A DNA stretch of 64,000 nucleotides. Source: Nitrosopumilaceae archaeon (lineage in GTDB: Archaea; Thermoproteota; Nitrososphaeria; Nitrososphaerales; Nitrosopumilaceae). The notes beneath the pieces are model-generated. The model saw nothing but the letters and a program-made list of their open reading frames with translations, was not told the DNA's origin and searched no databases. The DNA lies in NCBI GenBank assembly GCA_965208905.1, contig OZ242365.1, forward strand, positions 672,001 through 736,000. Reading direction: 5' to 3'. Shown here piece after piece: positions 28,419 to 36,881 of this stretch (its first letter is position 1; each line of letters opens with the position of its first letter). The position numbers and the translations under genes were made by a program.

Positions 28419-31400
28419 TCAACTGTCGGAGCCATCACCCGTGGAAATCTGCAGTATCTGAACTCCCCCGTCCGCATGCGAGGCCACGGCTGCGTAGGTA
28501 TGGCCGTCGGACTGAAATATTACAACATCCCGCGCATCAGAGAGGGGCCGGAACATTTGGTCTGCAATGGCATAAACCGGCACAATACTGTGTGGATCTG
28601 TCAGATCTAGTATCTGCACCCCGTCTGGTGACGTGACGGCTGCGTACGTATGGCCATCCGATTCAAAGACGGCAATACCAAATGCGCCAGACAAAAGCAG
28701 GCCTGAGTTATCAGATATACTGCCAGCTGGAACTATACCATACGGGTTGCTCAGATCCAGTATCTGCACTCCATTATGGCCCAGTGACGTGACGGCTGCG
28801 TACGTATGACCATCCGACTCAAAGACGGCAATACCAAATGCGCCACCATACCTAGAACCAGTATGATGTATTAAACTGCTGGCAAGGGTGATGTTGTATG
28901 GGTCGGTCAGGTCAATTATACATACACTATCGTTGAATGAGACGACCCCCGCATACGTACGGCCATCTATCTCAAAGATGGTAACATCACGAGCACCACC
29001 CAAGAGCGGGCTAGTATCGGCTCCGATACCACCAGCTGAGATTATGTTGTATGGGTCGGTCAGATCCAGGATCTGGATACCCTCAAATGATCCAGTAGCT
29101 GCATATGTCCTCTCGCCAGATACAAAGGTGGTGACCGCCACCACGCCAGATAAGAGCAGTTGTTCATCATCAGTAATGTGGCTTGCTACCACAATCCCGT
29201 ATGGATTTGTCGTATCAAGCACGATCACGGTGTCCGTGTTAGGGAAGGCAGTAGCTGCATATGTACGATCTTTTGATGCAAATGTATCCACACCATATGC
29301 CCCGCCGGGTCTCAACATATGGTTATACATGAGGCTATCTGCAGCGGCAATATTGTATATATCAGTAAGATCAAGCATCTGTATACCTTCATCCGAGGTA
29401 ACCGTAACGTATGTACTGCCATCTGACTCAAAGACGGCCAGGCCGCGCGCACCAGATATCACAGGATCCACATCATCGGTGATTACATCAACTGGAATGA
29501 TGTTGTGCGTATCGGCCAGGTCGAATGTCCAGACACTGTTGGCGCCCAGAGATGCAACCGCAGCATATATGCGGCCATCTGAGTCGAATATGTCAATACC
29601 GCTCCCCACATCCAAAAGGGGTACTGTGCCCCCATCGATACTACCTGCTGGTATGATATTGTACGGATCAGTCAGATCAAGTATCTGTATGCCATCCTCA
29701 TAATAGGATGTGACTACTGCAAAAGTGCGACCATTCGATCCGAAGATGGCCGCATCATGTGCCCCCGATAGGATAAGGGCCGCATTGTCGGTGATGCCGC
29801 TGGTAGGCACAATATTGTATGGATCAGTCAGATCAAGCACCTGTACGCCATCCTCGTAATCAGGAGGACGGAAGCTGCCCGTATCATAGGATGATGTAAC
29901 CAACGCATACGTTCGGCCACCTGTTTCAAAGACAGAGATATCCCATGCGCGATCAAGATTTAGCATTTCATTATCCTCAATAATGCCGGCGGTGGTTATG
30001 TTGTACGGATCCGACAGATCCAGTGTCTGGACATCACCGTTATATCCTGCAACGGCTGCATATGTACGATCGCCAGATTCAAACGTATCAATTGTCTTTG
30101 CAGAATAGATAATGTTACTTGCTCCATAGGCTATTTGGCCAGCCAGGGTTATGTTGTACGGATCTGACATATCAAGCACTTGGACACCCTGGTTTGATGA
30201 TGTAACGGCAGCATAGATATTCCCATCTACTCTAAATACTGCAATATCCTTGGCGTTGGAGACAAGTGCGTCCTCAGTATTGGCTACAATGCCTGCAGGG
30301 ATGATATTGTATGGGTTTGTAATGTCGAGTGCCTGCACCCCGCCGAATGACGTGACTGTGGCCGCATATGTGCGATTACCCGATTCAAAGACCACAAGTT
30401 CTGATACAAACAAACGAAGGCCCGAGTCATTAGATATTGTACCAGCAGCTGTAATGGCATATGGATCAGTCAGGTCGAGTATCTGGAGGCTGCCTTGTCG
30501 ATCCTCGGACAATACGGCTGCGTATGTCCGGTTAGCCATACTGTATACCGCCACATCTACGGGACGGTGTAGGCGGAGTGTTACATCATTAGCCCCACCG
30601 GCAGGCACTATGTTATCTGGATCAGTAAGATCAAGTATCTGGACACCGTCATCCCCATATGCTGCAACGACCGCATATGTGCGGCCAGCCGATTGGAATG
30701 CCATGATACCAAACGGCTCTGACAGAGAGAGGATATCATCGTCGGCTATATTGCCGGCAGGCGTTACATTGTACGGATCAGTAAGATCAAGTATCTGGAC
30801 ACCGTCATCCCCAGGCGCAGTAACGGCGGCATATGTGCGGCCAGCCGATTGGAATGTGGTAATTCCCCTTGCACCATTTAGCAGAGTATCACTCTCGTCT
30901 GCCAGGTCACCAACAGAGATCACATTGTACGGATCAGTAAGATCAAGTATCTGGACACCGTTATCATAGTATGCCGTAACTGCAGCATATGTGCGGCCAG
31001 CCGACTGGAATGCGGCAATTCTTACTGCACCATCTAACAGAGTATCGCCCTCGTCTACCAGGTCGCTAACAGGGATCACATTGTACGGATCAGTAAGATC
31101 AAGTATCTGGACACCGTCATCCCCAGGCGCAGTAACGGCGGCATATGTGCGGCCAGCCGATTGGAATGTCATGACGCCACGCGGCTTTAACAGAGAGAGG
31201 ATATCATCGTCGGCTATATTGCCGGCAGGCGTTACATTGTACGGATCAGTAAGATCAAGTATCTGGACACCGTCATCATTGTATGCTGTAACTGCAGCAT
31301 ATGTGCGGCCAGCCGATTGGAATGTGGCTATATCATATGCGCCAGACAAAAACAGCGCATCATCATCGGCCAGATTGCCGGCAGGCGTTACATTGTACGG

Positions 31401-31913
31401 ATCAGTAAGATCAAGTATCTGGATGCCACCGTCATATTCTGCAACGACGGCGTATGTGCGGCCATCTGCCACAAGTGTGGCAATGGACAGCGCACCGGAC
31501 AAGCGTAAGTCATCATTATCCGTTATACTTCCAAGAGAGGTGATACCATATGGGTGTGTTATATCGAGTATCTGGACACTATTGTCACGGTATGATGTCA
31601 CAGCCGCATATGTGCGACCATCTGACTCAAATAATGCTATGTCAAATGCGCCTTCGAGGGACAACGTATCACCCTTGGAGATGCTGCCCGCATACCCTAT
31701 ATGGATATCACCAGCGAAGATTCCGACATGCAGAGCCTGTGTGACAGATGCCATGTCTGCATAAGCGTATTGGGATGGCCATGTGAATGTAGATGCCTCG
31801 GACTCATGCCCCACGCCCAACAATCCAGTGGTGGGCTCCATTGAGAGTGCCGATACGGTCAATACTACAAGGGTTCCTACTGCAAGCACGTGGGTTCCCG
31901 CACCTACACACAT
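28419..31913 (-). CDS. Large secreted LVIVD-like repeat beta-propeller protein
   Basis: N-terminal hydrophobic leader, then about 20 repeats of ~50 aa (GRTYAAVT..DDGVQILDLTDPYNI). Confidence 0.85.
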   Translation of the reverse strand: MCVGAGTHVLAVGTLVVLTVSALSMEPTTGLLGVGHESEASTFTWPSQYAYADMASVTQALHVGIFAGDIHIGYAGSISKGDTLSLEGAFDIALFESDGRTYAAVTSYRDNSVQILDITHPYGITSLGSITDNDDLRLSGALSIATLVADGRTYAVVAEYDGGIQILDLTDPYNVTPAGNLADDDALFLSGAYDIATFQSAGRTYAAVTAYNDDGVQILDLTDPYNVTPAGNIADDDILSLLKPRGVMTFQSAGRTYAAVTAPGDDGVQILDLTDPYNVIPVSDLVDEGDTLLDGAVRIAAFQSAGRTYAAVTAYYDNGVQILDLTDPYNVISVGDLADESDTLLNGARGITTFQSAGRTYAAVTAPGDDGVQILDLTDPYNVTPAGNIADDDILSLSEPFGIMAFQSAGRTYAVVAAYGDDGVQILDLTDPDNIVPAGGANDVTLRLHRPVDVAVYSMANRTYAAVLSEDRQGSLQILDLTDPYAITAAGTISNDSGLRLFVSELVVFESGNRTYAATVTSFGGVQALDITNPYNIIPAGIVANTEDALVSNAKDIAVFRVDGNIYAAVTSSNQGVQVLDMSDPYNITLAGQIAYGASNIIYSAKTIDTFESGDRTYAAVAGYNGDVQTLDLSDPYNITTAGIIEDNEMLNLDRAWDISVFETGGRTYALVTSSYDTGSFRPPDYEDGVQVLDLTDPYNIVPTSGITDNAALILSGAHDAAIFGSNGRTFAVVTSYYEDGIQILDLTDPYNIIPAGSIDGGTVPLLDVGSGIDIFDSDGRIYAAVASLGANSVWTFDLADTHNIIPVDVITDDVDPVISGARGLAVFESDGSTYVTVTSDEGIQMLDLTDIYNIAAADSLMYNHMLRPGGAYGVDTFASKDRTYAATAFPNTDTVIVLDTTNPYGIVVASHITDDEQLLLSGVVAVTTFVSGERTYAATGSFEGIQILDLTDPYNIISAGGIGADTSPLLGGARDVTIFEIDGRTYAGVVSFNDSVCIIDLTDPYNITLASSLIHHTGSRYGGAFGIAVFESDGHTYAAVTSLGHNGVQILDLSNPYGIVPAGSISDNSGLLLSGAFGIAVFESDGHTYAAVTSPDGVQILDLTDPHSIVPVYAIADQMFRPLSDARDVVIFQSDGHTYAAVASHADGGVQILQISTGDGSDS
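30619..31470 (-). repeat. Near-identical 156-bp coding tandem repeats (about 6 units)
   Basis: GGATCAGTAAGATCAAGTATCTGGA recurs at 30619, 30775, 30931, 31087, 31243 and 31399. Confidence 0.92.
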
Positions 31914-33313
31914 TACACATCACTCCAGAGGACGACGATACATGATGTATATCGTTCCCCAGTCTGTGCTTGACGCTTCTCAGGGGAGCTGATGCAAGAA
32001 CCCTCCACGTCCAGGCGCCCCTCAACATGGGCGCTGCCAGTATTAGCTGGCAATGTTACATCACGTAACTTTAGTTGGCCATGCGTGGCCCCCGGGCCGA
32101 GTTTCTGCAGCCCTGCATCCTCTATGTTTGAGCCCGCATTGCAGTCGGCATGACTCGTATGGCCACACCGTTTACACAAGAACTTTCTGTCATCCCGGTT
32201 ATCCTTGTGTGTATAACCGCACGAGCAGCACCGTTGGCTTGTATACGCCGCTGCAACCCAAATTATCTCTCCAGCCAACTTGTACGCCAACAGTAATGCC
32301 AACAGCCCCCAGCACTGCTCCAGGATGGCCTTGTTCAGCCCAGATTTCTGCGCAACATTTTTGCCGGGTTTTTCTTCCGTACCTTTGGCGGACTGTACCA
32401 TGTTTTGTATGGGAAGTTTCTCCATGGCTGCATGCGTGGCGCTGTTAGACATAACGCGCGATATTTTATGCGCCGTGGTTTTTCGAATGTTTGCAGCTTT
32501 GCGTTTGTTCTTGGCGGCACGTTTGGCGGCTTTGGCCCACCGTCGGGAGCCGGGCTTACGATTCGTATGGTTGGGTTTCTGCCTGCGCGAGGCTATCTTT
32601 TGTGCCTTTGAGGCCGTCTTCTCGGCGTTGTTCATGCGACGTGCGACCTTTTCGGGTACCATTACTATATAGTCAGGTGTGGCCACATTACCAACATTCC
32701 GGTCTATGCCAATAACAGTCTGTTCGGTCACGGTTGGCATCTCGTCTGGTACATCACAGGATATGGTAATTCTCCACCCGCCATCCGGTAGTTGAAATAG
32801 CCGTGCGGTCTTGGAGCGGTAATTCAAGACGGGAAACTCCCGAGAGAGTTTAATCTCACCCATCTTGGCTATCTTGATTGTACGTGTATCGGTGAAGCGC
32901 GCCTGACCAGTAGTGTTATCATGCGTTATTACACACGGGATGGAGATTCGCTCACCGTGTCGTTTAAAGTGCGGTTCACCAAACTCCGCCTTAGGTTTTA
33001 TACCAGCAGCCTTCAGCCTCTCTGTCTCCATATATTGGTCATAATGCCTACCCAAGTCGTATAATACTTGGCGCGTCACCCCGGATATGGACTGACTCAG
33101 CCAACGCGGACCCGAGTGATTGCGCAAGTCCGTATACCACGCGTTTATCCTACCACGTGTAGTGTTGACCCTCCCAGCTCGACGGTACTCCTCCTTGAAG
33201 GTTTCCAATAGTTTGTTATACACGTACCTGTCCATGCCGGCCTGTCTGGCCAACATATCCTTCTTGAACCCTTTACGGAATCTAACGCCGAATGTGTATG
33301 TGCGGAACACCAT
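31913..33313 (-). CDS. tnpB: TnpB RNA-guided endonuclease (IS200/IS605 family, no adjacent TnpA)
   Basis: N-terminal R.VYN, RuvC GIDRN / AMEKL / HADCNAG, YTSQ.CCSCG..CKRCG Zn finger, KSGLNKAIL. Confidence 0.93.
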   Translation of the reverse strand: MVFRTYTFGVRFRKGFKKDMLARQAGMDRYVYNKLLETFKEEYRRAGRVNTTRGRINAWYTDLRNHSGPRWLSQSISGVTRQVLYDLGRHYDQYMETERLKAAGIKPKAEFGEPHFKRHGERISIPCVITHDNTTGQARFTDTRTIKIAKMGEIKLSREFPVLNYRSKTARLFQLPDGGWRITISCDVPDEMPTVTEQTVIGIDRNVGNVATPDYIVMVPEKVARRMNNAEKTASKAQKIASRRQKPNHTNRKPGSRRWAKAAKRAAKNKRKAANIRKTTAHKISRVMSNSATHAAMEKLPIQNMVQSAKGTEEKPGKNVAQKSGLNKAILEQCWGLLALLLAYKLAGEIIWVAAAYTSQRCCSCGYTHKDNRDDRKFLCKRCGHTSHADCNAGSNIEDAGLQKLGPGATHGQLKLRDVTLPANTGSAHVEGRLDVEGSCISSPEKRQAQTGERYTSCIVVLWSDV

Positions 33314-33392
33314 TAGTGTACAGTACCGTCCACATGTTTAAAAAGATAGTTGAGGTGTGATATATGGCACCCGTCCTTGCGGGAGGAACCTA

Positions 33393-35153
33393 CTAGTCCA
33401 AGATTATTTGTCCGGCAGGCACAAATCCGTTCAAATCAGTAACCTTCAGCAATCCTGGTGTAACCGTATAGAGATAGTCCCCTATGTACAGGGAGCGGGC
33501 CCAATCCGTATCATCATGCTTCACTATGCCCCTCTTTACAAGTATATTGTTTTCAATATTGTATACATGAAAGGTAGTTACACCATCGTGTGTGACTGGT
33601 ATGGATATTATGCGTGTAGATATGAGCGCCGCCTTATGATCCCACTGAATCTCCGAGTAGGCGTCACGATCATCTATAACCTCAAAGTCTGACAGGGTAG
33701 GATTGGTAGGATCAGATACATCAAAGACGGTTACTTTTATGCCGTCGATTACAGGCCCCCACTGTGCCTCTATGGTCTCGCGCCCCACTCCTACTACGGT
33801 ATCCTCATCATAGGGATGCAGATACTCGGAGAATCCCGGTAGTTTCAACTCGCCAACAACCATGGGACTCTCTGAAAAGTCGATTACAAAGAACGGATCC
33901 ACCTGACGGAAGGTAACCAGATACAGCGTATCACCATAAAACCTTGCAGAGTGCATCGTCTCCCCTGGTGCGATATCATACACGGCGCCCAGCATATCCA
34001 GATTGCTGTCCAATTTGAAAGCAGAGTTTACGCCAGACCAGGTGGTGGTTGCAATACGGAACGTGTTGTCCTTCTCGGCCATTGCAAACTGGTTTATTGG
34101 ATACCCCGGTACTGTACCTGCACCCTGATATGACAGGCCGGTTCCAGAGAGTCCTATCTTTACAACCTGAGTGTCGGTGGCACATATTGCCCCGCGAGTA
34201 GATTGGTCGGGAGGCCAGCTTGCACCGGACGAATAACCGGTCCCTGGCATAACAAGATACATGTTTGATTCAGAGACATATATCTCCATGTTAAATGGCG
34301 TAAGGAATGAAATTGCATCAAAACCAGACTCCAGACTGACCGCTGTTATCATGGTTCTGGTATCAACCATATAGAATGGGAAGTAATGCGTGTCGGGACT
34401 TTTTGCATCTGATCCATATTTTACAACAGGTATCCTATCTGGGGAGTCCTGAGTTATAACATAGATTGTGTTGTTTATGAGCCGGGCGTCTGTCATTGTT
34501 CCGGTTATTAATATACGATCAAGGATCTGCGGGTTTGTCCTATCAGATACATTCAATATTGTTATTTTTGTATCCCCACCCACATTGAACACAGCCAACA
34601 TGTCCTTATGCAAGAGAGCGGGCCCAGTTATCGGACTGTGCCCTACAACAGATATTCCATCAGGTGGATATGCCTGTATGACGTTCAGCTGACTACCAGA
34701 CAAGAATATGTCGGTGGCCGTGTTCTTTATGATGTCTGGCTCATCAACTTTGGCCTCCTGTATGTTGGTGGTAGAGTATAACGGGGAGGATGTACCTGCT
34801 GTAGACTCTGTCCTTGATGGCGCTATGGACAGCGTCACTGTATCCTGAATGACACCTTCCTGAAAGGACGTACCAAATGTAACTCTATTATTGTATGAGA
34901 GACATGCATGCGCGGGTACCTCGCCTGGCACTACTGTGGGCAGCGGTATGTCAGGTATGTAAAATCCAAACTGTATCATACTTTCGACATAATCCTCATC
35001 AACACATACCGAATTGCCCGTATCATGATGCATGAGCACCATATCTATGCAATAGTTTGCCTCAGCTGGCGGGATTGAGATGACAAGCAAGGCTACTACA
35101 GGCAACAATACGGCCAATGTCGTGCAATTAAACATACGTTTAGCGTATGCCAA
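33393..35153 (-). CDS. Secreted protein with C-terminal beta-propeller domain (Beta_propel-like)
   Basis: Signal peptide; YSTTNIQE..VDEPDIIK, NQFAM.E, FRIATT, YLVTFRQVDPFFVID, GELKLPGFSEYLHP. Confidence 0.9.
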   Translation of the reverse strand: MAYAKRMFNCTTLAVLLPVVALLVISIPPAEANYCIDMVLMHHDTGNSVCVDEDYVESMIQFGFYIPDIPLPTVVPGEVPAHACLSYNNRVTFGTSFQEGVIQDTVTLSIAPSRTESTAGTSSPLYSTTNIQEAKVDEPDIIKNTATDIFLSGSQLNVIQAYPPDGISVVGHSPITGPALLHKDMLAVFNVGGDTKITILNVSDRTNPQILDRILITGTMTDARLINNTIYVITQDSPDRIPVVKYGSDAKSPDTHYFPFYMVDTRTMITAVSLESGFDAISFLTPFNMEIYVSESNMYLVMPGTGYSSGASWPPDQSTRGAICATDTQVVKIGLSGTGLSYQGAGTVPGYPINQFAMAEKDNTFRIATTTWSGVNSAFKLDSNLDMLGAVYDIAPGETMHSARFYGDTLYLVTFRQVDPFFVIDFSESPMVVGELKLPGFSEYLHPYDEDTVVGVGRETIEAQWGPVIDGIKVTVFDVSDPTNPTLSDFEVIDDRDAYSEIQWDHKAALISTRIISIPVTHDGVTTFHVYNIENNILVKRGIVKHDDTDWARSLYIGDYLYTVTPGLLKVTDLNGFVPAGQIILD

Positions 35154-35182
35154 TCCTATTTAAGAGTGATTTGTGCGGATTT

Positions 35183-35310
35183 CTCCCGCAAGGGCAGGTG
35201 ATTATCTAGACGGTCCAGATCCAGACTGCAACACGGCCCAAATCGGACATGCGCGGGCAGTCAGGATGTGTTTTGGGTCGGTTTTTTGGCAAAGTCCCAC
35301 CCGAATAGAG
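35183..35310 (+). mobile_element. Probable miniature IS200/IS605 (TnpB) deletion derivative
   Basis: CTCCCGCAAGGGCAGGTG matches 16/18 the motif upstream of tnpB (reverse complement of 33368-33385), followed by codons for DPDCNTAQI (cf. HADCNAGSNI). Confidence 0.5.
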
Positions 35311-35378
35311 TACTTCAAAAAGCAAAACAGATACCTAAATCGTCAAAAATTATATACGAATTGCCAATATTACACATA

Positions 35379-35846
35379 TTGTCACGCATAGATGATATAG
35401 ACACATTAATTTTGTCTGAATTAGCCAACGATTCTTCAATATCCATCCCTAAACTATCATCAAAGATAAACGTCAATACATCTGTGGTGTACTCTCGTAT
35501 ACGCAGATTACAGTCTCGAGGACTCATACGCCGTTTTACCATAGAGGTGAACAATGCTGCCTTAGGATATACAGTAAAGGTACTGGCAGGTATAAAGATG
35601 GATACAAAGAAACGTAATCATATAATGCAAGAGTTATTCAACATTGATGGCGTCTTTGAGGTGGCTGAAGTGACTGGCCGCTTTGACATACTAGTTACAG
35701 CATACGCCAAGTCTCTGGAGTCGATGCATCACATGGTCTCTGAAAAGATAGGCCGTATAGATGGCGTACTCTCTTCAGAGTCATTTATAGAGATGAAGTC
35801 ACGTCAAAAGGCAATGCCATATATGGCCTCGGGTGGTGCTACTTGA
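35379..35846 (+). CDS. Lrp/AsnC-family transcriptional regulator
   Basis: IDDIDTLILSEL, HTH, SRIRRL..GLIRRF, EVTGRFDI; TTG start inferred. Confidence 0.92.
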   Translation: MSRIDDIDTLILSELANDSSISIPKLSSKINVNTSVVYSRIRRLQSRGLIRRFTIEVNNAALGYTVKVLAGIKMDTKKRNHIMQELFNIDGVFEVAEVTGRFDILVTAYAKSLESMHHMVSEKIGRIDGVLSSESFIEMKSRQKAMPYMASGGAT

Positions 35847-36763
35847 CGTTGCAGAAACAAAAGACCTCCTCTAGGCTTGCCGTATACTATGAGCTGACAA
35901 AACCAAAGATATGGTATCTTTTGGTGTTTACAGCCTTTGGAGGATTGGTGGTGGCATCCAACATACACGGTGTCGAGGTATCAATTTGGACCTGGCTGCT
36001 GGCCATATTTTCGGTGGCTGCCGGTTCTGCAGCGGCCAACACCTTGACCAACTACCATGATCGGGATATAGATAGTATAATGGAGCGCACAAAACTACGG
36101 CCTTTGCCATCTAAGAGGATATATCCTGCCGTCAAGGCGCGAAACTTTGGATACATACTGGGAGGCATCTCACTGTTGCTGGCATGGTGTATATCATATA
36201 CGACTAGTATGGAGCAGGGTATGTGGGCTACGGCGTTTATAGCATTTGGCCTGCTGAACAACATCTTGATATACTCATACGCGCTAAAGCGGCGTTCCCG
36301 ACTCAATATCATACTGGGAGGACTGTGCGGCGGCTCACCACCCTTGGTGGGCTGGGTTGCTGTCACTATGGCCGATTTATGGAGTATGGGACTTGTACTG
36401 GCGGGTCTGGTCTTTGTCTGGATTCCATTACACATATGGTCGCTGACCATGCACTTTAAAGACGACTACAACAAGGTCGGCGTTCCCATGCTCACGGCGG
36501 TCCAGTCTGAGAGTATGTCTGCCCGGGTGATTGCCGCCTCTACCATGGCAATGGTAGCATTTAGTCTGGTTCCACTGTTTCTGTCTGGCGTGTCTGGTGT
36601 AGTGTATGCTGCCACTGCCTTGGCATCGGGCGGCTTGATGCTTGCCTTATCGGGCTGGGTTGTAGTTCGACCATCTGAAAAGTCTGCTTGGACACTCTTC
36701 AAATTTTCAAGTCCCTACCTGGCTGTACTATTTATCGGCATAATGGTGGATACTGCACTATAG
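35843..36763 (+). CDS. ctaB: Protoheme IX farnesyltransferase (heme O synthase)
   Basis: ELTKPKI, NYHDRDIDSIMERTKLRPLP, WIPLH.W.L, DDY..GVPML. Confidence 0.95.
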   Translation: MTLQKQKTSSRLAVYYELTKPKIWYLLVFTAFGGLVVASNIHGVEVSIWTWLLAIFSVAAGSAAANTLTNYHDRDIDSIMERTKLRPLPSKRIYPAVKARNFGYILGGISLLLAWCISYTTSMEQGMWATAFIAFGLLNNILIYSYALKRRSRLNIILGGLCGGSPPLVGWVAVTMADLWSMGLVLAGLVFVWIPLHIWSLTMHFKDDYNKVGVPMLTAVQSESMSARVIAASTMAMVAFSLVPLFLSGVSGVVYAATALASGGLMLALSGWVVVRPSEKSAWTLFKFSSPYLAVLFIGIMVDTAL

Positions 36764-36881
36764 AGTTTGACATGCCCCCATTGATGTGTTTAAGCACGGG
36801 CACTCTTGATCATACATATTCCTTAATAACAGACTTAAACCACCAGGTGCTCTAGTGTATAATGTGGGTGACTGTACTAGA

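Noticed and set aside
28888-31764. Long plus-strand ORFs of 239-271 aa
   Set aside because: Antisense shadows of the repeat protein. The same applies to 13062-13538, 23663-24415, 56961-57620 and 63108-63674.
28419-31913. Diversity-generating retroelement behind the repeat variation
   Set aside because: No reverse transcriptase in the window, and differences are block-like rather than adenine-specific.
35268-35378. N-terminal extension of the Lrp regulator
   Set aside because: Lrp similarity begins at LSRIDDID; the upstream part overlaps the putative mini-element and promoter.
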